A stretch of DNA of 64,000 bases from an uncultured Verrucomicrobiae bacterium (GTDB lineage: Bacteria; Verrucomicrobiota; Verrucomicrobiia; Chthoniobacterales; UBA10450): NCBI GenBank assembly GCA_963801815.1, contig CAWDGJ010000002.1:544001-608000 (forward strand), written 5' to 3'. The notes below the pieces were generated by a model. That model saw only the letters and a list, made by a program, of their open reading frames with translations. It did no database searches and was not told where the DNA came from. The position numbers and the translations under genes were made by a program. Each line of letters opens with the position of its first letter. Within the stretch, counting starts at the first letter, position 1. Shown in pieces: positions 29,418 to 39,414 of this stretch.

Positions 29418-30752
29418 ATGCAACAGGATGCCATCGAACTTGTCAGTAAGGCCGCTGAGCCGCTGGTTGGGTCGCCGCATGATTTCGATTCGCTCACCGA
29501 CTTGATCGGTGATGCCCGTTTCGTTTTGATCGGCGAAGCCAGCCACGGCACCCACGAGTTTTATCGAATTCGTGCGCAGATTTCGAAATTGCTGATAGCG
29601 CAAAGCGGATTTCAGGCGGTGGCAGTAGAAGCGGATTGGCCGGATGCCTATCGAATCAATCGATTTGTCCGAGGCGCGGGCAACGATCTCGATAGTGTCG
29701 AAGCGCTAAGCGGGTTTCGACGTTTTCCGCAATGGATGTGGCGCAACGCAGATGTGCTCGATTTTGTGGGTTGGCTCCGCGCACACAACGACGAACAAAC
29801 CTTAGAAGACAGGAAGTGCGGATTTTACGGCCTCGATCTTTACAGTCTACAGGCGTCGATCGAAGCGGTCCTCGCTTATCTCGACAAGGTTGATCCGGTA
29901 GGGGCAAAACAGGCGCGACAGCATTACAGTTGCTTCGAACATTTCGGCAAGGACATCACCGCCTACGGTTACGCCACCAGCTTTCGCATGGCGCCGAGCT
30001 GCGAAGATGCCGTCGTGAAAAACCTGGTCGATCTTCGTCACAAGGCGATGAATTATTTGCAACGCGATGGACAGATCGCGGCCGACGCCTACTTCTGCGC
30101 CGAACAAAACGCGCTAGTTGTTCGAAACGCCGAAGAGTATTATCGAAACATGTTTCGCCGCGAGGTTTCGTCCTGGAACTTGCGCGATACCCACATGATG
30201 GAATCACTCGCCCGTCTAACGAATCACCTGAGTAAAGCCGATTCGCCCGCAAAAGTTATCATCTGGGCGCATAATTCGCACCTTGGCGATGCGCGAGCGA
30301 CCCAAATGGGCGAACGCGGCGAATTAAATCTCGGCCAGCTTGTGCGCGAACATTTCGGTAAACAAGCGGTGTCGATCGGCTTCACAACCTACGACGGAAC
30401 CGTCACAGCCGCGTCGGACTGGGACGGGCCAGCCGAGCGTAAGAATGTGCGACCGGCACATCCGGAAAGTTACGAAGCGTTGTTTCATGATGTCGGTGTT
30501 CCGAATTTCTTTCTCAACCTGCGCGACGATGTCGAGCTTGCATCACATTTGCGTGGCGAACGTCTCGAACGGGCAATCGGCGTGATTTACCGGCCGGACA
30601 CAGAATTGATCAGTCATTACTTTCACGCTCGGTTGGCAGATCAATTCGACGCGATTTTGCACTACGATCACACCCGCGCGGTCGAACCGCTTGAGCGCAC
30701 CACCGAATGGGAATTAGGTGAGGTCGAAGAAACTTTCCCAAGCGGGCTTTGA
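29418..30752 (+). CDS. Erythromycin-esterase-family protein (Rv2030c C-terminus-like)
   Basis: LIGEASHGTHEFY, VEADWPDA, WAHNSHLGDARAT, ERAIGVIY. Confidence 0.9.
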   Translation: MQQDAIELVSKAAEPLVGSPHDFDSLTDLIGDARFVLIGEASHGTHEFYRIRAQISKLLIAQSGFQAVAVEADWPDAYRINRFVRGAGNDLDSVEALSGFRRFPQWMWRNADVLDFVGWLRAHNDEQTLEDRKCGFYGLDLYSLQASIEAVLAYLDKVDPVGAKQARQHYSCFEHFGKDITAYGYATSFRMAPSCEDAVVKNLVDLRHKAMNYLQRDGQIAADAYFCAEQNALVVRNAEEYYRNMFRREVSSWNLRDTHMMESLARLTNHLSKADSPAKVIIWAHNSHLGDARATQMGERGELNLGQLVREHFGKQAVSIGFTTYDGTVTAASDWDGPAERKNVRPAHPESYEALFHDVGVPNFFLNLRDDVELASHLRGERLERAIGVIYRPDTELISHYFHARLADQFDAILHYDHTRAVEPLERTTEWELGEVEETFPSGL

Positions 30753-31576
30753 ACTTTGTGTCCGCATTAAGGTTTCATTTGTTCATTGTCGCTGCTGTCG
30801 CCATCCCGGTGGTTGCTCAAACGCCTTCCGAGCAAAGCAGCCAACTTCCTTCGCAAGCCAAGCCGGTCCAAGGCGTGATCATGCCGGTACCGAAAGAGAT
30901 ATTCCTATCGCTCGACAAATTTCAGGATGCGAACTGGCGAGCTGTGCAGCGTCCTGAAGTTGCCCGCTGGAAATCACACGGAGATCAGATGCAGATCGCG
31001 ACTCTGCTTGGAGTCGTAATGGCCGAAGGTTTCATCGCGACCGAGGCTCAAGACTCGGCCGAAGTAAAAAATCTCGGCAACACCGTGTTGAAGTTGGCGC
31101 GAGGACTCGGCGTGGAAGAGAGCGCTCTTAGACGCAGTCGCAGCATTATGGAACAGGCAGATAAAGGTGACTGGGCGGCGGCGCGCGAAGAGTGGGATGG
31201 TGTCCTGTCAGATCTCGAGAATGGAATGGTTCAGCTTAAGAGCGCTCAACTCACGCAGCTGGTGAGCCTCGGCGGATGGTTGCGCGGGACCGAAGCGCTC
31301 TGCGCACTGATCCTTCAAAATTATTCCCCCGATCGCGCAGAGCTTATTCGGCAACCAGTTCTGGTCGATTATCTGGAAAAACAAATTCTCGGGTTGAATA
31401 CTGAAACAAGAAACCGTCCGATGATTGTAAAGATGCTCACGGGATTACGGAGAATTCGCGCTCTCATCCAAGACGAAAACGGGCCGCCGACAGAGAAGAT
31501 GATCAGAGAGATCGAGGGAATTTCCGAAGAACTGGTCAAGCTTTCGTCACGGCGACCTGCGGAACCCTCAACTTGA
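30749..31576 (+). CDS. Hypothetical exported helical protein
   Basis: Signal peptide; 4-nt overlaps with both neighbours. Confidence 0.65.
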   Translation: MNFVSALRFHLFIVAAVAIPVVAQTPSEQSSQLPSQAKPVQGVIMPVPKEIFLSLDKFQDANWRAVQRPEVARWKSHGDQMQIATLLGVVMAEGFIATEAQDSAEVKNLGNTVLKLARGLGVEESALRRSRSIMEQADKGDWAAAREEWDGVLSDLENGMVQLKSAQLTQLVSLGGWLRGTEALCALILQNYSPDRAELIRQPVLVDYLEKQILGLNTETRNRPMIVKMLTGLRRIRALIQDENGPPTEKMIREIEGISEELVKLSSRRPAEPST

Positions 31577-32121
31577 AGTCGCAGAAGAGACCACACCATC
31601 GAATTGAAGTTTTTGTCAGTCGGATCGAGCAACTCTTCAATTCTATGGATCCTTCCCCGTTTCACGAGAGGGATTTGGACCATGACGCTGAAGAATTCAT
31701 CGTCAGCTGGGCACAGGAATTCCCAAGAAAGGATCCAATTTCTTTGCTCGTCCACGTCAACGAATTGCCCGCGGGTGGCGATGTTCAACGCAACGTCGAA
31801 ACGGCTGTGCATCACTATTTCGCGTATCGGGCTAAGCTAAATTGGCTCGACTTTCGTCATCTTCTCAGACGCGGCCGGGTTAGCCTGGTAATCGGGCTGG
31901 CTTTTCTCGGCGCGTGTCTTGTGATGAGCCAACTGTTGTTACGCAAAAGCGAAAGCACGTTGGCGACCGTTCTCCGAGAAAGCCTGACTATTGGCGGCTG
32001 GGTGGCGATGTGGCGGCCGATGGAAATCTTTCTCTACGAATGGTGGCCGCTCCGGCGCATGGGGCATTTGTTCGAAAAGTTGAGTCGCATGCACGTTGAA
32101 GTGCGCAAGCGAAACCCGTAG
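31573..32121 (+). CDS. Conserved hypothetical membrane protein
   Basis: QLFNSMDPSPF..IGGWVAMWRPMEIFLYEWW; two TM helices. Confidence 0.7.
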   Translation: MKSQKRPHHRIEVFVSRIEQLFNSMDPSPFHERDLDHDAEEFIVSWAQEFPRKDPISLLVHVNELPAGGDVQRNVETAVHHYFAYRAKLNWLDFRHLLRRGRVSLVIGLAFLGACLVMSQLLLRKSESTLATVLRESLTIGGWVAMWRPMEIFLYEWWPLRRMGHLFEKLSRMHVEVRKRNP

Positions 32122-32234
32122 CAAAATGGGTACTCGCGATGTCGGGCATTCGCAATTTTTGCGTGGTTAAAGCCAAGCCATGGGTATCCGGCAGGAATTG
32201 AAAGACCTAGGCTTCAAATAGGAAAGGAGGCGTC

Positions 32235-32429
32235 ATGAAAAGAATGCTAATCATGGAAGCGCGAACGGCAGCGTTGCTTATAGCGTTTGCGGTTGGCCTC
32301 GGAATCGCGGTGCATCCATTCTTCTTTCTGGTTGCTTTGGCGATTTTCCTGGTCGCCGTCATGGAATGGACCACTGAAAAGCTCGGCGAATATCTGCACA
32401 CGTTCAGACGGACCTATCGGCACGCGTGA
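32235..32429 (+). CDS. Small two-helix membrane protein (paralog of 38491-38691)
   Basis: AAAGGAGG RBS; hydrophobic hairpin. Confidence 0.7.
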   Translation: MKRMLIMEARTAALLIAFAVGLGIAVHPFFFLVALAIFLVAVMEWTTEKLGEYLHTFRRTYRHA

Positions 32430-32545
32430 ACCTGCTGAAAGCAACGTTTGCCTTGAGCGATCAAGGTTTACGAAGTTGCGCCGCTTCCATTTTGACGGTC
32501 TTGGGAGCTAACGGTCCTCGGCCGCCTGATCGCGCATTACGTCAC

Positions 32546-32974
32546 CTACGCGACGAGTTCCATTGAAATTGGATGTCCCCATTGGTCGCAACTCACGCAA
32601 TGACATTCCAAATTCTTCATCACCGCTTCGACCAGTTGCGCGACCTGGTCAGCAGTCACCGGCTTGGTAAGGTGTCGCGCGGCTCTTCCTGTCAGAATCA
32701 AAGGATGATACAAGTCCTTCTCAGTTGAAATAAAAATAAGTGGCCGTGGCGGCTGCCATCGCGAAAGTTTCTCCGCAATCAACGTACCGTGCAGGTCCGG
32801 ATCGTAATCGAGGATGATCGCGGCGACGTCCTCGAGTTCGAATGCTGTTATTTCCGACAGATCGCGTTCGAGTTGCACGACTCGAACATCAAATCCGGCG
32901 GACTGAGCGGCTGTTAACGTTGCATCAACAGTATCGGCATCAGCATCAACCAGAAGAATGACATTTGGTTTCAT
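32546..32974 (-). CDS. Stand-alone receiver-domain protein with Cys-rich tail
   Basis: LLVDAD, IILD, LTKP; tail CHCVSCDQWGHP; AAAGGAG RBS. Confidence 0.7.
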   Translation of the reverse strand: MKPNVILLVDADADTVDATLTAAQSAGFDVRVVQLERDLSEITAFELEDVAAIILDYDPDLHGTLIAEKLSRWQPPRPLIFISTEKDLYHPLILTGRAARHLTKPVTADQVAQLVEAVMKNLECHCVSCDQWGHPISMELVA

Positions 32975-33033
32975 AACCTGCTCCTTTCACTGAAATAATC
33001 TGGCATAGCGATGGGGCCGCCACCGTGCGGCGA

Positions 33034-33058
33034 TTGGCTTTTGCTTTGCAAAAATTGC
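33034..33058 (-). promoter_or_regulatory. 21-bp direct-repeat box
   Basis: GCAA tttttgcaaagcaaaag CCAA-N9-GG, then CAGATT. Confidence 0.75.
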
Positions 33059-33072
33059 CAAGGCAAAGCCGC

Positions 33073-33097
33073 GCAAAAAATGGGCGGGGATTCGCAA
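33073..33097 (+). promoter_or_regulatory. 21-bp direct-repeat box (receiver/ADH/USP unit)
   Basis: GCAA aaaatgggcggggattc GCAA-N9-AG, then GATAGT. Confidence 0.8.
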
Positions 33098-33171
33098 TTG
33101 CTGCAGAGAACAATCCCACCGTTCAAAGATAGTTATTCCAACGAAATCCCAACTCAATCCTGGAGAAAACA

Positions 33172-33558
33172 ATGAACATCCGCACTGCCCTTCTGCTTAC
33201 TCATGATCCCGATTTCGAAATAAATGTGACCAAAGCGCTGAAAGAAAGTGGCGCAGAGATTCTGATTACTCACGACGTCGATCATGCCCTGGAAATGGCC
33301 TGTCAACATGCTCCCCGGCTCGATCTCGCCATCATCGATCGGAGTGATTGCCACGCGATTACGCTGCTAACCGCGATCAAAACGCTTCACCACGATTTGC
33401 CGGTGATTGTTATGGCGGCCAGCGACTCGTACCATTGCGCTGCCCTCGCTTATGCCAATGGGGCTGCCGCTTGTCTCGCCAAGCCGATTTCTGCGGCAGA
33501 ACTGAGGCTCTGCTTTACTCAACTGTGCGAACCGAAACTCAAACTGGCTGAAGTGTGA
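33172..33558 (+). CDS. Stand-alone receiver-domain protein (atypical)
   Basis: DLAIID, LPVIVM, GAAACLAKP. Confidence 0.75.
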   Translation: MNIRTALLLTHDPDFEINVTKALKESGAEILITHDVDHALEMACQHAPRLDLAIIDRSDCHAITLLTAIKTLHHDLPVIVMAASDSYHCAALAYANGAAACLAKPISAAELRLCFTQLCEPKLKLAEV

Positions 33559-33562
33559 AAAT

Positions 33563-34687
33563 ATGAAAACAATTCTCGAACCCGAAGTGTCCAACAAAAG
33601 AACCCAAACCCAAATGTCGAATTCGGACACCATGCGCGCGAATGTGTTCCACGGACCGAACGACATTCGCATCGAAGAAGTCGCGCGCCCTCATGCGGGT
33701 GTCGGGGAAGCAATTATTCGGATCACGCTCACGACCATTTGCGGGACGGATCTGCATATTTTGCGCGGCGAATATCCGGTCAAATCTGGCCTTGTGATTG
33801 GTCACGAGCCAGTCGGCGTGATTGAAGAATTGGGAGAGGGACTGATCGGATACGACATCGGCGACCGCGTGCTGGTCGGCGCGATCACACCCTGCGGACA
33901 ATGTCGCGCCTGCTTGTCCGCGCAATGGTCGCAATGTGGTCATGGGGAAGACGTCGAAGCAATCGGTGGCTGGCGTTTCGGCAACACAATCAATGGTGCG
34001 CAAGCCGAGTATCTGCTGGTTCCAAACGCGCAGGCGAACCTCGCTAAGATTCCGCACGCACTCACCGACGAACAAGTCGTCCTGCTCGCCGACATCGCTT
34101 CCACTGGATTCAGTGGCGCGGAGTCAGCCAACATTCGCATTGGCGACTCCGTTGTCGTTTTCGCGCAAGGCCCAATCGGACTTTGTGCGACTGCGGGCGC
34201 GAAATTGATGGGCGCTTCCTTTATCATCGGAGTAGAGAGCGATCCGGTGCGAATGAAGATGTCGAAACAAATGGGCGCCGATGTCGTACTCGACCCGCAC
34301 GATGTTGACCTGGTCGAGGAAATCAAAAAATTAACGGGCGGTGGCACCGATGTCGCGATCGAAGCGCTCGGTCTTCAGCAAACCTTCGAGAATTGTCTGC
34401 GCTGTTTGCGACCTGGCGGAACACTGAGCAGCCTCGGCGTTTATTCCGGAAAACTTCAAGTGCCCTACGACGCATTCGCCGCAGGCATCGGCGATTACAA
34501 GATCGTGACGACACTCTGCCCCGGCGGCAAGGAGCGCATGCGGAGATTGATGTCGATGGTACAATCAAAGCGGTTCGATCCAACACCATTGCTCACACAT
34601 AGTTTCAAGCTCGAGAACATCGTCGAAGCCTACGACTTGTTTGGTTCGCGCCGGGACGGGGTCTTGAAAGTCGCTATCCGACCATGA
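33563..34687 (+). CDS. Zn-dependent alcohol dehydrogenase (FDH-like MDR)
   Basis: CGTDLH, GHEPVG, CGQCRAC...C, QGPIG. Confidence 0.92.
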   Translation: MKTILEPEVSNKRTQTQMSNSDTMRANVFHGPNDIRIEEVARPHAGVGEAIIRITLTTICGTDLHILRGEYPVKSGLVIGHEPVGVIEELGEGLIGYDIGDRVLVGAITPCGQCRACLSAQWSQCGHGEDVEAIGGWRFGNTINGAQAEYLLVPNAQANLAKIPHALTDEQVVLLADIASTGFSGAESANIRIGDSVVVFAQGPIGLCATAGAKLMGASFIIGVESDPVRMKMSKQMGADVVLDPHDVDLVEEIKKLTGGGTDVAIEALGLQQTFENCLRCLRPGGTLSSLGVYSGKLQVPYDAFAAGIGDYKIVTTLCPGGKERMRRLMSMVQSKRFDPTPLLTHSFKLENIVEAYDLFGSRRDGVLKVAIRP

Positions 34688-34721
34688 CAGAATTGTGGAT
34701 CTTGCGTCGGAAAGAAGAACC

Positions 34722-35591
34722 ATGGGCATGAATACAAAAAATGATCAACGTCCGATCGTATGCGGAACTGATTTCTCTGCCTGCGCTATGGAAGCGGCAG
34801 ATATTGCGGCGGCGATTGCGCGGAAGCTGTCAACGAAGCTTGTTCTTGTGCACGTGAACGATTTCCACGGTCTTGGCGTCACAGATCCGCTGTTGCTCGA
34901 GGCCAGTACGTCTCGCAGGAACGCGGAGCTGAAACGATACGCCGATCGTCTGGCCAAATTAAAGACCGTGGTTGAGAAACGAGTGGTATCCGGTTCGCCT
35001 TTTGATCAGATCGTTAATGCCGCCGTCCGGTGCAAAGCCAGGTTAGTTGTAATTGGCGCAGTTGGGCATGGTCTGGCTAAGCGCCTGTTGATCGGAAGCG
35101 TTGCGGAAAGAGTCGCTGAAACTTCTCCAATACCAACGTTGATCGTCCGGTCGCGGTCAAAACTCTTAAGCTGGGTCAAAGGCAAGCGCCGATTGAAAAT
35201 CCTGGTTGGCTACGATTTTTCCGCAACAGCCGACGCCGCGTTACGCTGGATTGCGCAGCTTAAGCCAATCGGCAAATTTTCGATCATCGCGGCAAATGTT
35301 CACGCGCCAAGCGAGGCGCATCACAGCGAGCGGGAGCTGTTGGAGCGCGCTGCCAAAATACTACCGCCACAGGGAACAACGGTCCGACTAGTTCCGTCTT
35401 GGGGAAACTGTCAAGGCGCGCTGTTTTACGAGGCCGTGCGCGAACATGCGGACTTGATCGTCATCGGCACACATCAACGACGTGGTATTGAGCGAGTCCG
35501 CCTAGGATCCGTCTCGCGCGGCGTACTACGTCATGTAACACAGAATGTCGCCGTTGTGCCCCCAGCTTCAAAACGAAGTCTACGTAAATGA
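34722..35591 (+). CDS. Universal stress protein (two domains)
   Basis: IVCGTDFS..GSVAERV; ILVGYDFS..GSVSRGV. Confidence 0.88.
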   Translation: MGMNTKNDQRPIVCGTDFSACAMEAADIAAAIARKLSTKLVLVHVNDFHGLGVTDPLLLEASTSRRNAELKRYADRLAKLKTVVEKRVVSGSPFDQIVNAAVRCKARLVVIGAVGHGLAKRLLIGSVAERVAETSPIPTLIVRSRSKLLSWVKGKRRLKILVGYDFSATADAALRWIAQLKPIGKFSIIAANVHAPSEAHHSERELLERAAKILPPQGTTVRLVPSWGNCQGALFYEAVREHADLIVIGTHQRRGIERVRLGSVSRGVLRHVTQNVAVVPPASKRSLRK

Positions 35592-35678
35592 AGAAGGAAA
35601 AAGGCAAATCAGCCAAGCCACGAGCTCGTAAGCACAAAGCCAAACCGGGTTGAAGATTCCGGGGACCGCCCGCCAGAA

Positions 35679-38396
35679 ATGCAAGCGGCTGTCAAAACTC
35701 CGTGGCACCAGCTTCATGTCGATGAAGTTGTCCGGCTTCTGGAGACCGATTTGTCAGCCGGACTCTCGACCCCAGAAGTCGAACACCGACAAGAAGAATA
35801 CGGCCCGAACAAATTAACCGAGAAGAGAAATACATCTGCTTGGCAGCGATTTCTTCTGCAATTCCATCAGCCGCTCGTTTATGTCCTCATCACAGCAACG
35901 GCGTTCAGCGCGTATCTCGGCCAATACGTTGATGCGCTGGTCATCTTCGCGGTCGTGATTTTCAACGCGATTGTTGGCTATTTTCAGGAAGCTAAAGCGG
36001 AAAAAGCTATTGCCGCGCTGACGAAGATGATGATTGCCGAGACAACGGTGCGTCGCGATGGACATAAACACCGAATCGACGCAACAAAGTTGGTGCCGGG
36101 AGATGTGGTTTTGCTTGAATCCGGCGATCGCGTACCGGCCGACTTGCGTTTATTTCAAATTCGCGGCCTCCAAATCGATGAGTCGTCACTTACTGGCGAA
36201 TCAGGGCCGGTTTACAAACACACCGACTCGCTCGCATTCGACACTGTCCTGTCCGATCGCAAGAGTCTGGCATTCGCTGGAACGTCCGTAGTCTCGGGTC
36301 GCGGCGAAGGCGTCGTCTGGGCGATCGGGGACAAAACGGAAATGGGCCGCATCGCTCGGCTCATTACCGAAGCTGTCGATCTTGTGACGCCGCTTACCCG
36401 AAAGATCGCACAACTCAGCCGCCTGTTGCTTTGGCTCATTCTCGGGCTCGCGCTTCTGACCGCGGCCGTCGGATTGTGGCACGGACAAAAGCTGATCGAT
36501 ATTTTTATGGCCGCGGTTGCCATGGCGGTCGGCGCAATTCCCGAAGGTTTGCCCGCCGCCGTCACCGTTACTCTAGCAATCGGTGTTTCGAGGATGGCCC
36601 GCCGTCGCGCGATCATTCGTAAATTGCCGGCGGTAGAAACACTCGGCAGCACAACCGTCATCTGTTCGGACAAGACCGGCACGCTCACGGAAAATCAAAT
36701 GACCGTGCAGGAAATTTATGCGGGCGGCGAATTTTACCGGGTCACTGGCAGCGGTTACGAATCAACCGGCGCGATTCAGCGAAGCGGCGAGAAAGTTATC
36801 CTGGGTCACGAACATGCTTTGAGGGCGTGTCTTCGGGCAGGGCTCCTGTGCAATGACACGACCCTAATTCGTGAAGATGACGGTACGCGGGTGCAAGGTG
36901 ACCCGACGGAAGCCGCACTCATCATCGCGGCCGAAAAAGCAGGAATGTCGCACGGAGACATTCATCGCGAATTGTCACGGCTCGACGCGATTCCATTCGA
37001 ATCCGAGCAACAGTTCATGGCGACGCTCCACCGCGGCAAGGAAGGTCACATTATATATAAGAAGGGGGCGGTAGAGCGCGTGGCCGGCAGGTGTTCGACC
37101 ATGCTGGACGCCTCAGGTACCGAGCAGCCAATCGATCGGGAAGCAGTTCACGCGGCCGCCGAACAGATGGCGACCAAAGGTTTGCGTGTCCTGGCGTTTG
37201 CACAACGGAAGATGGCAACCCAAGAGCACGAGTTAACGCATCATCACGTCGCGCGTGACCTGACCTTTCTTGGTTTACAAGGAATGATCGATCCGCCAAG
37301 GCCGGAGGCGGTCCAGGCGGTGAGACGTTGCCGAACTGCTGGTATTGCCGTCAAGATGATCACTGGAGATCACGTCGTCACGGCGAGGGCGATCGCTAAA
37401 CAGATCGGGTTGAACGGCCAACTGGACATTAATTCGCCAGTCGCAATCAACGGCCGCGAATTGGATCGTGTAAGCGACGATCGTCTGCCGTCGATCGCGG
37501 AACAGACGTCGGTCTTTGCGCGAGTTACTCCCGAACAAAAACTGCGACTGGTCCGAGCGCTCCAGGCGTGCGGTCACATCGTCGCCATGACAGGTGATGG
37601 CGTGAACGACGCACCCGCCTTGAAACAGGCGGACATCGGAATCGCGATGGGGATTGGAGGGACTGACGTCGCGAAAGGCGCAGCCGATATGGTGCTGACC
37701 GATGACAATTTCGCTTCAATTGAAGCTGCCGTTGAGGAAGGCCGCAGTATTTTCGATAACCTCAGAAAGTTCATCGTCTGGACGCTGCCAACGAACGCCG
37801 GTGAAGCCCTCATTCTGCTCACCGCGATTTTTCTCGGAACCGCACTTCCGGTGCTGCCATTGCAATTGCTCTGGATCAACATGACCGAGCCGCTGTTTGG
37901 ACTAATGCTCGTATTTGAACCAAAAGAATGCGGTCTGATGGAACGACCGCCACGAGATCCGCGTCAACCGATTCTCACGTTTCCGCTTTTTATGCGCTCA
38001 GCGTTCGTTTCGATCCTGATGCTGGCCGGGGCATTTGCATTGTTTCTTTGGGAACTCCACGCCGAGAAAGGGACGCTGGCCGAAGCTCGAACGGTTGTCG
38101 TGAACGTGATCGTGATGGTTGAGGGCTTCTATCTGCTCAACTGCCGCTCTCTCACTCGTTCGACTCTTTCAGTCGGTTTGTTTTCGAACTTGTGGCTGGT
38201 GGCAGGCCTGGTTGCCATGATCGCTGCCCAATTCCTTTTCACCTATGCACCAATCATGAACCGGCTTTTTCATTCCGCTCCCATCGGCGGTGAGGCGTGG
38301 CTGCGAATCATTGCGATTGGCGTTGGAGTTTATTTGGCGGTGGGTCTTGAAAAATGGATCCGTTTCGCCGGATCGAGATCGAAGACAGCTGGGTGA
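35679..38396 (+). CDS. Cation-transporting P-type ATPase, P2A type (CtpF-like)
   Basis: TGES, IPEGLP, DKTGT, KGA, DPPR, GDGVND. Confidence 0.92.
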   Translation: MQAAVKTPWHQLHVDEVVRLLETDLSAGLSTPEVEHRQEEYGPNKLTEKRNTSAWQRFLLQFHQPLVYVLITATAFSAYLGQYVDALVIFAVVIFNAIVGYFQEAKAEKAIAALTKMMIAETTVRRDGHKHRIDATKLVPGDVVLLESGDRVPADLRLFQIRGLQIDESSLTGESGPVYKHTDSLAFDTVLSDRKSLAFAGTSVVSGRGEGVVWAIGDKTEMGRIARLITEAVDLVTPLTRKIAQLSRLLLWLILGLALLTAAVGLWHGQKLIDIFMAAVAMAVGAIPEGLPAAVTVTLAIGVSRMARRRAIIRKLPAVETLGSTTVICSDKTGTLTENQMTVQEIYAGGEFYRVTGSGYESTGAIQRSGEKVILGHEHALRACLRAGLLCNDTTLIREDDGTRVQGDPTEAALIIAAEKAGMSHGDIHRELSRLDAIPFESEQQFMATLHRGKEGHIIYKKGAVERVAGRCSTMLDASGTEQPIDREAVHAAAEQMATKGLRVLAFAQRKMATQEHELTHHHVARDLTFLGLQGMIDPPRPEAVQAVRRCRTAGIAVKMITGDHVVTARAIAKQIGLNGQLDINSPVAINGRELDRVSDDRLPSIAEQTSVFARVTPEQKLRLVRALQACGHIVAMTGDGVNDAPALKQADIGIAMGIGGTDVAKGAADMVLTDDNFASIEAAVEEGRSIFDNLRKFIVWTLPTNAGEALILLTAIFLGTALPVLPLQLLWINMTEPLFGLMLVFEPKECGLMERPPRDPRQPILTFPLFMRSAFVSILMLAGAFALFLWELHAEKGTLAEARTVVVNVIVMVEGFYLLNCRSLTRSTLSVGLFSNLWLVAGLVAMIAAQFLFTYAPIMNRLFHSAPIGGEAWLRIIAIGVGVYLAVGLEKWIRFAGSRSKTAG

Positions 38397-38410
38397 ACGG
38401 TTACGCCGTG

Positions 38411-38435
38411 GCAAGAAACGCCGATTTATTCACAA
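38411..38435 (+). promoter_or_regulatory. 21-bp direct-repeat box
   Basis: GCAA gaaacgccgatttattc ACAA-N9-AG, then TAGATT. Confidence 0.8.
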
Positions 38436-38490
38436 TCACCGGTTAGTATCACAACCATTGAGGGCTAGATTTTGTTAAAAAGGAGTCATC

Positions 38491-38691
38491 ATGAAAAGAG
38501 ATTCGATTTACGAGCCGGAGCCGCGAACGATCGTGGTGCTAACCGCACTCGCGACTGGGTTGGGCCTCGCCTTTCACAAAGTGTTCTTTGGTTTGGCCGC
38601 AGCGATTGCTCTAAGTGTGCCGTTTGGCCGCCTGATTGAACAACTGCGCGAAACCGAAGAAAGGAATACTGCACAACATCGGCATGCCTAA
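38491..38691 (+). CDS. Small two-helix membrane protein (paralog of 32235-32429)
   Basis: AAAGGAG RBS; hydrophobic hairpin. Confidence 0.7.
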   Translation: MKRDSIYEPEPRTIVVLTALATGLGLAFHKVFFGLAAAIALSVPFGRLIEQLRETEERNTAQHRHA

Positions 38692-39016
38692 CAATTGTCA
38701 GCGTTCGGTGCCCGAAACCATCCGGCACGGATGGGGCCCCGCATGCCACGATCCGACCTTGAACGCGCCGCGATTACATCAACGGAATAAATCGCCTGTT
38801 TGGCGTCGGTTAATCGTATTTTTCGTCGGCGGCGCCATGCTCGCTGTTGGCGTTGTGATGTTGGTTCTACCAGGCCCCGCGATCATTTTTATACCACTTG
38901 GTCTGGCAATTCTCGCGACCGAATTTCGATGGGCGAAGCAGTGGCTCTTCAGAGCTCGTCAGTTTCTTCATCATCGATTCAAAAATAAAGATCACCTTCC
39001 CAATCACCCATCATGA
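38684..39016 (+). CDS. PGPGW-domain membrane protein
   Basis: MLVLPGPAIIFIPLGLAILATEFRWA. Confidence 0.75.
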   Translation: MPNNCQRSVPETIRHGWGPACHDPTLNAPRLHQRNKSPVWRRLIVFFVGGAMLAVGVVMLVLPGPAIIFIPLGLAILATEFRWAKQWLFRARQFLHHRFKNKDHLPNHPS

Positions 39017-39366
39017 CGCTGGATCAAAGTATCGCATTCAAGTTCCGGGATCTGGAGATCACCCAAGACGCGCTGGCGCTGCACTTCTATGACGAAAAAA
39101 CAGTCATTCCGTTGGCCGAAATCAAATCTTATCGATTGGACTGGCTTCTACACGATCCGGTCTTTGGGAAAAAGTTATGGTTTCTGTTCCTGACCGTTGA
39201 ACTGGAAAGCGGCCAGGAGGAATCTGCGCCTGTCACATTCGTAAAATTCAATTACCTCGGCGAAGATCGAGAATCGCGCCGGCATATTGAGCACACGCTG
39301 GCGGACGCGCTCGACGCGGCGATCGCCCGTACGGCGGCACCCGCGCAAAAAATGGTCTGTATTTAG
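39013..39366 (+). CDS. Hypothetical protein
   Basis: ATGA-coupled to the upstream gene. Confidence 0.55.
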   Translation: MTLDQSIAFKFRDLEITQDALALHFYDEKTVIPLAEIKSYRLDWLLHDPVFGKKLWFLFLTVELESGQEESAPVTFVKFNYLGEDRESRRHIEHTLADALDAAIARTAAPAQKMVCI

Positions 39367-39369
39367 CAA
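39345..39369 (+). promoter_or_regulatory. 21-bp direct-repeat box (ABC exporter operon)
   Basis: GCAA aaaatggtctgtattta GCAA-N9-AG, then GAAGCT 8 nt before ATG. Confidence 0.8.
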
Positions 39370-39414
39370 CGCGCGTGCAGCGCAAAAGGACACATCCGGC
39401 GAAGCTCAGGTCGG

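Noticed and set aside
29418..30752. Macrolide resistance gene
   Set aside because: Motifs and context fit the Rv2030c-like stress-associated branch rather than EreA/EreB; resistance cannot be inferred
35613..35637. Possible box CCAA-N17-ACAA-N9-GG upstream of the P2A ATPase
   Set aside because: Both half-sites are weak and there is no -10-like hexamer at +31/32, so it was not counted
35588..35653. 21-aa basic ORF MKKEKGKSAKPRARKHKAKPG
   Set aside because: No RBS and no independent support
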